From Candidatus Parcubacteria bacterium (GTDB lineage Bacteria > Patescibacteriota > Minisyncoccia > Phycocordibacterales > CALRHW01): a DNA stretch of 42,070 nt. Both the position numbers and the translations under genes were made by a program. The notes beneath the pieces were generated by a model. That model saw nothing but the letters and a program-made list of their open reading frames with translations, was not told the origin of the DNA and ran no database searches. This document shows, in pieces, positions 24,645-32,698 of this stretch. How positions within the stretch are numbered: the first letter of the stretch is position 1; every line of letters starts with the position of its first letter. The stretch spans positions 1 to 42,070 of the forward strand of contig SICJ01000002.1 in the NCBI GenBank assembly GCA_009691505.1, written 5' to 3'.

Positions 24645-24681
24645 ACGCCAAAACACCTCAGATTTGGTGGTTTTTTGGCGT
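24645..24681 (+). terminator. Terminator hairpin after murF
   Basis: ACGCCAAAACACC...GGTGGTTTTTTGGCGT forms a long stem with the T-run inside it. Confidence 0.6.
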
Positions 24682-24717
24682 AGAATGGTTATAATTGGCG
24701 CTGTGCGGTGCGGTTTT

Positions 24718-24789
24718 GGCCCTATCGTCTAATGGTTAGGACGGGAGCTTCTCAAGCTCCAAATCCGGGTTCGATTCCCGGTAGGGTCA
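24718..24789 (+). tRNA. tRNA-Glu (anticodon CTC)
   Basis: Acceptor GGCCCTA/TAGGGTC, anticodon arm GGAGC-TTCTCAA-GCTCC, T arm CCGGG-TTCGATT-CCCGG, discriminator A. CCA is not encoded. Confidence 0.92.
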
Positions 24790-25390
24790 CACTAAGGGAT
24801 TTTGTATCTCTAAATTCATCAGCTAGCTTGTACGGTATAGATAATTTTGGTGTTCCATTAAGTACTTCTTCATAAGTTGGTAATTCTTCAAAAATAAGAC
24901 CGAACAAGCCCTTCAAAGTTTGAATATCTTCTTGTTTTACAAGCATTTCTACTGGGTGTTCCATTAGGTTTTTTACATACCCCACAAATGAATGAATGTC
25001 ATTTTCTTGAACTTCTAGGCCATTCCTTTGTTCTCTAGCTAACTCTAATTGTCGGTGTAATTCGTTGATTTGTTTTTCAAGTTCATTTCTGATTATTTCA
25101 TTTCTAGTAGAGGTGTAGACTTCTATTTTTTGTTTCTTCTCTATTTCAAGTTGGATGACTGTTGTTCCAACCCTTACTGAAAATTCACCCAATTCTTTTT
25201 CCTTTTCTCGATATTTATTTATTAGGGTGGCCTCAAGACCTTTTATAAAACCGTCATCTTTATATTTTAAATTAGAGACAAATTTAAAACATAATCATTA
25301 CTATTAAAGGTTTCTTCAAGGGGATTAAGGGCCGACAACCAAACAGTGTCATTGTCAGTTTCAAATGATTTATATGAACCCTTTGGGTTC
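24790..25390 (-). pseudogene. Frameshifted C-terminal remnant of a recombinase-like gene abutting tRNA-Glu
   Basis: Two minus-strand frames join to give ...IENPKGSYKSFETDNDTVW...(frameshift)...KYKDDGFIKGLEATLINKYREKEKELGEF...coiled coil...LFGLIFEELPTYEEVLNGTPKLSIPYKL. There is no N-terminal catalytic domain and the frame runs into the tRNA 3' end. The large-serine-recombinase assignment is a recollection of similar C-termini. Confidence 0.4.
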
Positions 25391-25533
25391 TCAATAATTA
25401 TTTTGTATTTTGAATAATCAATCATATCTCTTGTTCGATAATAAATTCATTTCCGTCAGCGTCGGCAATAATGGCTTCTTTCCAGCCCCATGGTTTAGTC
25501 TCAATTTGTTGAACAATTTTTGCTCCGAAGTCA
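25391..25533. repeat. 143-bp direct repeat, copy 1 (3' end of the VOC gene plus 30 nt downstream)
   Basis: Aligns base for base with 26040-26182, with 6 mismatches. Confidence 0.92.
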
Positions 25534-25715
25534 TGGAACCATACTAGTGCTTGCACAATATTTCGATCAGCTTCTGTGTAAATATCACAAAGTTCTAATG
25601 CAATATGTTCAACAATTTTTAGGTGGTAATTAACCATCCATTCATGATAAGTAAAACTTTCTCTTGAAAAGTTTTCTATCGTAATGTTTTTAAATTTTGT
25701 GATACTTTCTTGCAT
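25422..25715 (-). pseudogene. Chimeric ORF: N-terminal fragment of an HD-domain protein fused to the duplicated VOC C-terminus
   Basis: ...HLKIVEHIALELCDIYTEADRNIVQALVWFHD is joined at DFG to AKIVQQIETKPWGWKEAIIADADGNEFIIEQEI. That tail is nearly identical to the tail of the 26071-26436 product. Confidence 0.65.
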
Positions 25716-25719
25716 ATAA

Positions 25720-26043
25720 TTAATATCGACTTATGTCGTTATTTTTCAGTTTTGATAAAATTGGGTTAGGTATATTGTTTAACACTTGCTTTACTTCTCC
25801 ATCAGAAATCATTGTTCTAATGAAATTAGTAATTTTTTCTAGTAGCTCTTGCTCATGGGTATTTTCAATTAAAGCGAATCTTACGGTATTTTCTTCGTCT
25901 TGTGCATTTTCTGCAAGAAGCACAATATCATTTTCTATGGCAAACTTTCGAACACTACCACGGAATTTTACCCCGATGAGGTTTTTCGTTGCACTATTTA
26001 CCTGATAGATATCCCAATTAATCATATTATTTAATCCAGTCAA
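25720..26043 (-). CDS. Hypothetical protein (weak acylphosphatase-like pattern)
   Basis: 107-aa ORF. IGVKFRGSVRKFAIENDIVLLAEN...VRFAL loosely recalls the acylphosphatase fold. The likely start is the internal ATG at 26025. Confidence 0.35.
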   Translation of the reverse strand: MTGLNNMINWDIYQVNSATKNLIGVKFRGSVRKFAIENDIVLLAENAQDEENTVRFALIENTHEQELLEKITNFIRTMISDGEVKQVLNNIPNPILSKLKNNDISRY

Positions 26044-26182
26044 TAATTATTTTGTATTTTGAATAATCAATCATATCTCTTGTTCGATAATAAATTCGTT
26101 TCCGTCAATATCGGCAATTATTGCTTCTTTCCAGCCCCATGGTTTAGTCTCAATTTGTTGAACAATTTTTGCTCCGAAGTCA
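26040..26182. repeat. 143-bp direct repeat, copy 2
   Basis: See copy 1. Confidence 0.92.
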
Positions 26183-26436
26183 GAAACTTTCTGTAAAAAT
26201 TGTTCTAAATTATCGACTTGGAATGATACTTGTTTTCGCCCGCCTATATAATTACTTGCCCAATCTTTTGAACGATAGTCAGCATTTTCTTCAATATTAA
26301 ATTCAACATCGTCAAGTTTTGCGGAAGCGAACGGCGGGCGAAACTCGTCAAAAGTCATTCCAAAAATTTCCTCATAGAATGATTTTGATTTATTGAGATC
26401 GGCTACGCCGATTAAAATTGATGAAACTTTTATCAT
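26071..26436 (-). CDS. VOC (glyoxalase/bleomycin-resistance/dioxygenase) family protein
   Basis: About 120 aa with the paired beta-alpha-beta-beta-beta pattern (ILIGVADLNKSKSFYEEIFG... / ...WGWKEAIIADIDGNEFII). Confidence 0.7.
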   Translation of the reverse strand: MIKVSSILIGVADLNKSKSFYEEIFGMTFDEFRPPFASAKLDDVEFNIEENADYRSKDWASNYIGGRKQVSFQVDNLEQFLQKVSDFGAKIVQQIETKPWGWKEAIIADIDGNEFIIEQEI

Positions 26437-26512
26437 AAAATTATTTATCTTCTTTTATTCTCATTGTATTTATATAAGATATCACAATTATGTAGGGTTT
26501 TTTCTATTTTAG

Positions 26513-26824
26513 CTACTCTAATTTCAAGTTCAGATATTTCAAAAGCTTTAATTGGGTGACCAGTACGATTTTTTCTATCACTCTGACCTTTTCCTCAACT
26601 TTCTTCAGTCCAAGCTTTGAAAGCATAAATTCCGCTTGGGGTATAATCTTTGATATAATTCCATTAATCAATGGGTAGAGATAATCAGGGCAAGATATCA
26701 TGTTTTTGTTGACAAATAAGGTCATTTTCTGGGTCTTTACTGCTAAGCCACAGCGAGTAAAAACCGTATTCCACCTAATAACCATATTTTCTATGGTGTT
26801 CCATTCTAGGTATGGTGAGCTCAC
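26513..26824 (-). CDS. Hypothetical protein
   Basis: 103-aa ORF with a GTG start and TATACT upstream. No recognisable motif. Confidence 0.3.
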   Translation of the reverse strand: MSSPYLEWNTIENMVIRWNTVFTRCGLAVKTQKMTLFVNKNMISCPDYLYPLINGIISKIIPQAEFMLSKLGLKKVEEKVRVIEKIVLVTQLKLLKYLNLKLE

Positions 26825-26841
26825 AGAGTGAAAAAAATTAA

Positions 26842-26955
26842 ATTCATGCTAGTATAGTTGTGAGAGTGAGTTTCAACGCTCATACTTATACTGTCATAAC
26901 TGTGATGAAAATTGCTTCGGGTTTGGGTGTTAGCGTTGATGATTTAATGAAATAA
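26842..26955 (+). pseudogene. 3' remnant of an XRE-family HTH gene
   Basis: The frame ends ...HTYTVITVMKIASGLGVSVDDLMK*, which is the typical last helix of a Cro/C1 HTH. The N-terminal helices are missing. Confidence 0.5.
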
Positions 26956-26963
26956 ACAATTTT

Positions 26964-27186
26964 ATGAAAAAAATTAAAAACCTCACACTTTCGTATTTTA
27001 CAAAAAATTTTTCTATTGTCGTCGGGCTTGTTTTGATCTAGCGAGGAATTTGGTATGTCTTGGATTAGATAGACGGTATGTTTTTTGACAGCAATCATAT
27101 ATGGACTGCGTTAGGTGGAATTATTCTCGGGCTGATCATTTTATATATTCCAGATAAAGATTTAAAGGAAATAGAGAAACTTTAAA
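26964..27186 (+). pseudogene. Decayed small membrane-protein gene (two in-frame TAG codons plus a frameshift)
   Basis: MKKIKNLTLSYFTKNFSIVVGLVLI-TAG-RGIWYVLD-TAG-IDGMFFDSNHIWTALGG, then a +1 shift near 27115 into ...EIILGLIILYIPDKDLKEIEKL*. Confidence 0.55.
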
Positions 27187-27236
27187 AAAAGTGATAATAT
27201 TGATATAACATTATAAAAATAACACAACAAACTTCA

Positions 27237-27581
27237 TTGCCCGCCGAAGCCTTGGTACAGGCGGGATGGCATGCAAAAATAGTTTCTGATGTTCTTCTCG
27301 CACTCCATTCCCATGAACACGGCCTGACAAAAGAAGAGGCTGTCGAGCGGTTTCAAAAATACGGCCTCAATAAACTTCCTGAAGGAAAGGTAGACGGTTT
27401 GCTCCTTATTTTTTTACATCAATTTCAAAGCCCGCTGATTTACATTCTTTTTGTAGCGGCCGGTATTATTTTTGCTATGGGGTCAGCTATTGACGCCTCG
27501 ATTATTTTTATAGTACTTTTTTTTAATGCGATTTTGGGAACTGCCATTTCCTTATTATTAGAGAAAAAAGAATTTGATTAA
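27237..27581 (+). pseudogene. N-terminal fragment of a P-type cation-transporting ATPase
   Basis: Cation_ATPase_N pattern (GLTKEEAVERFQKYGLNKLPE...QFQSPLIYILFVAAGI...DASIIFIVLFFNAILG), then a stop after about 114 codons. There is no ATG start, and the catalytic domains are absent. Confidence 0.7.
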
Positions 27582-27687
27582 TTTATAGACAAAATTATTA
27601 TTAAAAATAAAAAAGTTAAAAACAATGGGTTATTTTTGATTTTATGGTAAAATAGGACCCTTGGTTTAGGATGATGGAAAGATTTAG

Positions 27688-27897
27688 ATGTTTACAAACT
27701 TATTCAAAATCATTAAAGAATATATACACAACAGACCGAAAATCAAAAAGGTAGTCGGTGTTATTTTAATTCTTATTGGAATTACCGCCTTCTTAACTCC
27801 TCTCACGCCAGGCTCATGGCTGGCAATTATTGGTCTTGAATTATTAGGCGTGCGGATTTTATTTTTTGATAAATTTAAATTTTGGAAGAAAAAATAA
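27688..27897 (+). CDS. Small 2-TM membrane protein (PGPGW-like motif LTPGSW)
   Basis: 69 aa with a basic N-terminus, two hydrophobic helices and a basic tail. Confidence 0.45.
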   Translation: MFTNLFKIIKEYIHNRPKIKKVVGVILILIGITAFLTPLTPGSWLAIIGLELLGVRILFFDKFKFWKKK

Positions 27898-27898
27898 A

Positions 27899-28936
27899 AT
27901 GAACCATCAAAAATCAGAGTTTTATTTTTTGTCCGCTCTCCTTACAGGAATATTTGTCCTCACTTTTTTCATTTTTAAGCCTTTTTTCTACGCTCTTATC
28001 TTGGCAATAGTATTTGCAACCGTCTTTAAACCGCTACACACAAGAATACTTGCCATGACGCGAGATAGAAAAGGGTTGGCGGCGCTTCTTACTACCATTT
28101 CCGTTCTTATTGTTGTTATTGTGCCTCTCTCTTTTTTAGGCATACAGATTTTTCAGGAAGCAACGGGGCTGTATTCTTCTCTCACACTGAACGGCGGTGC
28201 GACCCATCTTTCTCGTGGATTGGGAGATGCGGTAAATAATCTCACAAGATTTTCTCCTGTGCCGATAGATTCCATCGACATTAACGAGTATCTAAAACAG
28301 GGGTTAAGCTGGTTGCTTCAACATCTTGGTCCGCTCTTTGCGAATGTTGCAAAAGCAATGGTAGGTGTCTTTATATTTCTCGTCGCTCTCTATTACTTAT
28401 TTAAAGATGGTTACAAACTAAAAAGAGATGTTGTTGCTTTAAGCCCCTTGCAGGATATTCACGATGAAACAATTTTTAATAAACTTACTATGGCAATTAA
28501 TTCAGTCATCAAGGGAAGTCTTGCGGTGGCACTCGTTCAGGGTATATTAACCGCAATCGGGTTCGCTATTTTTGGAGTTCCCAACGCAACACTTTGGGGT
28601 AGTGTCGCGACAATCACCGCATTAATCCCCGGCATTGGAACAGCACTAATACTCCTCCCGGCTATTCTTTATCTATACTTTAGCGGGGAAATGATTTCCG
28701 CGGTTGGCCTTCTTATCTGGGGAGTGGTTGCCGTTGGGCTTGTTGATAATTTTTTGGGACCGAAACTCGTTGAAAGAGGAATGCGACTTCACCCATTCCT
28801 TATTCTTCTTTCTATTTTGGGAGGTATCAGCTTTTTCGGGCCTCTTGGATTTTTGCTTGGACCCCTCGTCTTGAGTTTACTCTTCACTCTCCTTGACATT
28901 TATTTCGCGATTCACAAGGAATACGAAGAGCGGTGA
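27899..28936 (+). CDS. AI-2E family transporter (PerM/UPF0118)
   Basis: Eight hydrophobic segments, with the pattern ...LIPGIGTALILLPAILY... and C-terminal HPFLILLSILGG. I placed the start at the ATG at 27899 (MNHQKSEF); the ORF opens at 27866. Confidence 0.75.
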   Translation: MNHQKSEFYFLSALLTGIFVLTFFIFKPFFYALILAIVFATVFKPLHTRILAMTRDRKGLAALLTTISVLIVVIVPLSFLGIQIFQEATGLYSSLTLNGGATHLSRGLGDAVNNLTRFSPVPIDSIDINEYLKQGLSWLLQHLGPLFANVAKAMVGVFIFLVALYYLFKDGYKLKRDVVALSPLQDIHDETIFNKLTMAINSVIKGSLAVALVQGILTAIGFAIFGVPNATLWGSVATITALIPGIGTALILLPAILYLYFSGEMISAVGLLIWGVVAVGLVDNFLGPKLVERGMRLHPFLILLSILGGISFFGPLGFLLGPLVLSLLFTLLDIYFAIHKEYEER

Positions 28937-28938
28937 CT

Positions 28939-29031
28939 ACCTATGAAGAGGCGCTCCGAGCGCAAATAGATGGCAATTGGGCGCGCTACGGTGAGGCAAT
29001 AAAGCGACTAGGAGATGTTCTTAAACAATAA
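28939..29031 (+). pseudogene. Short 3' gene remnant (UPF0182-like tail?)
   Basis: The frame reads TYEEALRAQIDGNWARYGEAIKRLGDVLKQ* with no upstream body. The family guess is from memory only. Confidence 0.3.
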
Positions 29032-29071
29032 TATTATAAATAATATACTGAAAATTAAATAAATTTTATAT

Positions 29072-29113
29072 AAAAAACAGGACAGCTTTGGCATTTGATT
29101 GCCTCGGCTGTCC
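29072..29113 (-). terminator. Intrinsic terminator for the 150-aa orphan gene
   Basis: GGACAGC...GCTGTCC stem, followed on the minus strand by TGTTTTTT. Confidence 0.7.
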
Positions 29114-29147
29114 CGTGACGTATGGCGGTGGTTGCGTGAGCAGAAAG

Positions 29148-29600
29148 TTATTTCAACTGCTCAAGTAGATAGTCGGTGCGCTTTTCATCCAACAACTGAA
29201 GATCATGAAGTCTTTTGACTTCTTCTCGCACTTTTTCCTTAGGGACTGTCCCCATCGAAACGATTTCATTTTCAGGGATTCCCAATTCACGCCCAAATCT
29301 TTTCAAGGTATCCTTGAGGTCAATTTGCTCGCCCAATACCTCAAGACTGAGTTTCTTGAATAAGGGATGCTGATTGAGAATCTCATTCTGCAAAAAAGCA
29401 CGAAAGATAGGCCACGTTTCCTCTGGAAGTTGTTTTATCCCAGTCATGTGCCTTATCAAACACCCAAGCTCCATTGTCAATTTCTTTGTGTCCGTCCCGT
29501 ATTCAGGTGGGTCAAGATACTTCCCTGAAAGCACCAACAAGATCGTTGATGCACGAAAAAAGCTTTTGGCCGCAGATGTTGTTATATTTTTTTGAAACAC
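29148..29600 (-). CDS. Hypothetical protein, 150 aa, SD-dependent
   Basis: I placed the start at the GTG 7 nt after AAGGAG (29608-29613). The ORF track opens further upstream, at 29651. No motif recognised. Confidence 0.5.
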   Translation of the reverse strand: MFQKNITTSAAKSFFRASTILLVLSGKYLDPPEYGTDTKKLTMELGCLIRHMTGIKQLPEETWPIFRAFLQNEILNQHPLFKKLSLEVLGEQIDLKDTLKRFGRELGIPENEIVSMGTVPKEKVREEVKRLHDLQLLDEKRTDYLLEQLK

Positions 29601-29689
29601 TTCCAGTCTCCTTATTCTAAGTTTCCGTTGAAGGTTATGTAATTGGTCCACGTTGAACCAAATTTTTTGTACATATACTTCTGTTAATT

Positions 29690-29718
29690 ACTATAATGAG
29701 GATATTAAATTGTGTCAA
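29690..29718 (-). promoter_or_regulatory. Sigma70-type promoter TTGACA-17-TATAGT
   Basis: A perfect -35 and a 5/6 -10 on the minus strand with exact 17-nt spacing. Confidence 0.6.
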
Positions 29719-29748
29719 ATAAAAAACGCACTTCCGTAAGTGCGTTTT
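29719..29748. terminator. Bidirectional terminator hairpin
   Basis: AAAAAACGCACTT-ccgt-AAGTGCGTTTT: a 9-bp stem flanked by an A-run and a T-run. Confidence 0.8.
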
Positions 29749-29767
29749 GAGTGGTATCAGGCACTCC

Positions 29768-29971
29768 TCAAGTTTTTTCTCGCGGTGTTCCCTTACGGAA
29801 TAAACTCGCAATTTCGCTCATCCTCTCAGCTGTAACTTCGAAACCAAACGCTCGTAGCGCTTGTCTGATAATTGATGGGATGTTGTTTCCCCCTTCTCCT
29901 ACTCTCTTGCTGTTTTGGTACAGCTTCCGGACTCTATTCAAAACCTTTTCTTTTTCTGTGACATATGACAA
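29768..29971 (-). CDS. Hypothetical small protein, 67 aa, SD-dependent
   Basis: TTG start 8 nt after AAGGGAG, with a terminator directly downstream. Confidence 0.45.
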   Translation of the reverse strand: MSYVTEKEKVLNRVRKLYQNSKRVGEGGNNIPSIIRQALRAFGFEVTAERMSEIASLFRKGTPREKT

Positions 29972-30065
29972 TTTTCCATCTCCCTTATAAAAAGGTTCAT
30001 TTCTCTAGTAGAGCTTTCGCACTCCACTTTTTTCCTATATAATCATACCATAGACTTTTGAAAAA

Positions 30066-30521
30066 TCAAATAAACATAGCCTCCACCACTTCTTTCACAT
30101 CCGCACCGTCAGCTTTTCCTTTCAACTCTTTCATAACCGTACCCATAAAAATACCCAATTTTGATTTGTCTGTTATGCCCATCTCTGCACGTTTTTTCTC
30201 CGCGACTGCGCGGATGTCTTCCTTACTCATTGTCGCTGGTAGGAAGGTTTGCAAAATAGTGAGCTCCGCTTCTTCGGAAGCGACAAGGTCAGCACGCCCG
30301 CCTGCTTTAAACTGCTCAATAGAATATTTGCGTTGTTTTACTCCGCGACGGATCACGTTTAAGGCATCTTCGTCTACTAGTTCTTCTTGCGGTTTTCGTT
30401 TTTGGGCGATAACTTCATTTACAAAAGCGGTCACAAGTCCGCGTAGCACGTTTAGTCGCACTTTATCTTTTGCAAGCATCGCTCCTTTTATTTCGCCCCG
30501 TATTTTTTGTTGTAAAGTCAT
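30066..30521 (-). CDS. GatB/YqeY domain protein
   Basis: Full-length YqeY pattern (LAKDKVRLNVLRGL..., ...MGTVMKELKGKADG). Confidence 0.85.
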   Translation of the reverse strand: MTLQQKIRGEIKGAMLAKDKVRLNVLRGLVTAFVNEVIAQKRKPQEELVDEDALNVIRRGVKQRKYSIEQFKAGGRADLVASEEAELTILQTFLPATMSKEDIRAVAEKKRAEMGITDKSKLGIFMGTVMKELKGKADGADVKEVVEAMFI

Positions 30522-30566
30522 GTTGTTGTTTGATTATTTGTTATGTATACGAACAGTATAACAATT

Positions 30567-30575
30567 TGCTATAAT
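30567..30575 (+). promoter_or_regulatory. Extended -10 (TGcTATAAT), 7 nt before the rmuC ATG
   Basis: TGcTATAAT, then ttttgat, then ATG. Confidence 0.5.
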
Positions 30576-30582
30576 TTTTGAT

Positions 30583-31650
30583 ATGTCAGTTGAAACCTTA
30601 TTTATTATTTTACTTTTAGCGCTTTTAGCAAATGCTATTTTTATTTGGCTTATATTTAAACGTGTCGTTGGAAAACCAGAGCTAGAAGAAAAAAAAGACA
30701 CTGGTCTCAATCTTCTTCTTCAACAAATGCACGAACTCACTCGCACAGTGGATTCAAAAATCGGTGAGAGCAGTAAGCAGGTAAATGAGTCTATGCGAAA
30801 TCAGTTTAGTGAATCATCGCGCTTGATACGGGAAGTAACGGCAAGCTTGACGAAGCTAGACGAGACCAATAAACAAGTCGTATCATTTGCCGACCAACTA
30901 CAGTCGCTCCAAGATATTTTAAAAAATCCAAAACAGCGCGGAATAGTGGGGGAGTATTATTTGGAAACGCTCCTTAAAAACGTACTTCCGCCTGGCTCGT
31001 ATCAGATGCAATATGCTTTTAAAAATGGCGACATCGTGGACGCAGTAGTTTTTGTAAAAGATAAAGTTATTCCGATTGACTCCAAGTTTTCTCTAGAAAA
31101 TTACAATAAAATAATTGAAGAAAAAAATCCCGCAGAAAAAGAGCGGTTGGAGAAAGTTTTTGTAAATGATTTAAAGAACCGCATTTCTGAGACCGCAAAA
31201 TACATACGCCCGACAGAAGACACGATGGATTTTGCTTTTATGTTTATTCCGCACGAAGCGATATATTATGATCTTTTGATAAATAAAGTTGGCGCATCGG
31301 CAGAAGACGCGGAAAATCTAATCCAGCGTGCGGCAGGAAAATACAAAGTTATTATTGTGTCGCCCACTTCTTTTTTAGCATATTTACAGACAGTGCTCCA
31401 AGGTTTAAAAGCGATGCAAATTGAAGATACTGCAAAGGATATTGTCAAACACGTCGGCGAGCTCGGTAGACATTTAAAAAGCTACAACGATTATCACAAA
31501 AAAATGGGCAACGCTCTTTCAACTACAGTAAACCATTTTAACGCGAGCTCAAATGAATTTAAAAAAATAGATAAGGATGTGATGCGTATTACAGAGCAAG
31601 AGATTGGGATAAAAGCCATAACTCTTGAAAAGCCAGAAATTGAGGAGTGA
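30583..31650 (+). CDS. rmuC: DNA recombination protein RmuC
   Basis: N-terminal TM, a long coiled coil, and the C-terminal RmuC nuclease-like region (VDAVVF...IPIDSKF...FMFIPHEA). Confidence 0.85.
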   Translation: MSVETLFIILLLALLANAIFIWLIFKRVVGKPELEEKKDTGLNLLLQQMHELTRTVDSKIGESSKQVNESMRNQFSESSRLIREVTASLTKLDETNKQVVSFADQLQSLQDILKNPKQRGIVGEYYLETLLKNVLPPGSYQMQYAFKNGDIVDAVVFVKDKVIPIDSKFSLENYNKIIEEKNPAEKERLEKVFVNDLKNRISETAKYIRPTEDTMDFAFMFIPHEAIYYDLLINKVGASAEDAENLIQRAAGKYKVIIVSPTSFLAYLQTVLQGLKAMQIEDTAKDIVKHVGELGRHLKSYNDYHKKMGNALSTTVNHFNASSNEFKKIDKDVMRITEQEIGIKAITLEKPEIEE

Positions 31651-31720
31651 CGAGTGCGCGCGGGATACGTCCCATGACCTTTCTTGCTTTTTATAGCCAT
31701 TTATGTAAAATATACAGATT

Positions 31721-32038
31721 ATGGAATTTGCAGTTATTCAAACAGGTGGTAAGCAATACCAAGTAAAAAAGGGAGATACTCTCACTATAGAGAAGCTTCC
31801 TGGCGATTTTAAAGCAGGTGATAAAATCACTTTTGATAAGGTGCTACTTGTGGATAATGGTAAAGATACAACTATTGGAACTCCTTTTATCGCAGGCGCT
31901 TCAGTGATGGCAACCTTTACAGAAGCAGGACGAGCAAAGAAAATTGACGTTATCAAATACAAGCAAAAGAGTAGATATTTTAAGAAAAACGGTCACCGAC
32001 AGCCATTTTTTAAGGTAAAGATTGAGGAGATAAAGTAA
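31721..32038 (+). CDS. rplU: 50S ribosomal protein L21
   Basis: MEFAVIQTGGKQYQVKKGD... is typical of bL21. Confidence 0.95.
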   Translation: MEFAVIQTGGKQYQVKKGDTLTIEKLPGDFKAGDKITFDKVLLVDNGKDTTIGTPFIAGASVMATFTEAGRAKKIDVIKYKQKSRYFKKNGHRQPFFKVKIEEIK

Positions 32039-32042
32039 GAAT

Positions 32043-32066
32043 AAAACCGCCCAGAAAGGCGGTTTT
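32043..32066. terminator. Bidirectional terminator between rplU and recR
   Basis: AAAACCGCC-cagaaa-GGCGGTTTT. Confidence 0.8.
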
Positions 32067-32067
32067 A

Positions 32068-32685
32068 TTATTGTCTGTTCTGTAAGGCGTTTTTAAGGGT
32101 TTCCGCGTCAGAATATTCAAGCTCCGTTCCTGTGGAAAGCCCGCGTCCGAGTAGGGAAATTTTGATGTTGTGTTTTTGGGTAAGGGGAGCGAGTATTTTT
32201 TTAATGTAATCGCTAGTGTTTTCACCTTCGGGATTTGCATTTACTGCAAGCACGATTTCATGCAAACCTTCGGAAGTGCGAGTTTCTACTGCGCGAAGCA
32301 ATTCTTTAATCCGTATTTTGTTTTCAGGTTGTGATTCTAAAATCGGCACTGTTCCACCAAGCACAAAATATTTTCCATTATAAACACCGGTTTTTTCAAT
32401 ATTTTCCAAATCTACATCGCGACTGACTACGGTGAGCATACTTACGTCGCGATTTTTTGCCGAACAAATGTCGCACGAGTTTGAGTCAGAAAAGTTTTTG
32501 AAAAAGAATCTGTAACAACTTTCGCAAGTTTTCATTTCCTCTTTTATTTTTGCAATCAGGGAAGCGAGCTCGTCTAGATGGCTTTGATTTCTGGTAAGTA
32601 AAAAATACACAAAACGTTTTGCTTGCCGTGGACCTATTCCAGGAAATTCAGAAAAAAAGGAAGTGAGTTTTAAAAGAGTGTTCAT
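32068..32685 (-). CDS. recR: Recombination protein RecR
   Basis: FPGIGPRQAKRF helix-hairpin-helix, a Cys4 finger and a Toprim domain. I placed the start at MNTLLKL (32685) rather than where the ORF opens (32823), which would overlap dnaB. Confidence 0.9.
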   Translation of the reverse strand: MNTLLKLTSFFSEFPGIGPRQAKRFVYFLLTRNQSHLDELASLIAKIKEEMKTCESCYRFFFKNFSDSNSCDICSAKNRDVSMLTVVSRDVDLENIEKTGVYNGKYFVLGGTVPILESQPENKIRIKELLRAVETRTSEGLHEIVLAVNANPEGENTSDYIKKILAPLTQKHNIKISLLGRGLSTGTELEYSDAETLKNALQNRQ

Positions 32686-32698
32686 ATCTCGTGTAAAA

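Noticed and set aside
25391-26182. A CRISPR-like or tandem-repeat array
   Set aside because: There are only two copies, each 143 bp and 649 bp apart, and both correspond to a gene 3' end. This is a segmental duplication and not a repeat-spacer array. No CRISPR-like periodic repeats were seen anywhere in the window.
27039-27068. TAG reassignment (stop-codon recoding) suggested by two in-frame TAGs
   Set aside because: TAG clearly terminates well-conserved genes here (for example mreB at 8664-8666 and rpmA at 38442-38444). The same locus also has a frameshift and sits among other pseudogenes.
27866-27898. The upstream start of the AI-2E transporter ORF, which overlaps the preceding small gene
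   Set aside because: The first 11 codons (MINLNFGRKNK) overlap the 3' end of the 69-aa ORF. The ATG at 27899 gives a typical N-terminus, so I used it instead.
24790-29150. A second copy of the tRNA-Glu 3' end (attR) that would delimit the island
   Set aside because: I looked for GGTTCGATTCCCGGTAGGGTCA or its 3' half downstream and found none by eye. The island boundary is therefore left undefined and not asserted.
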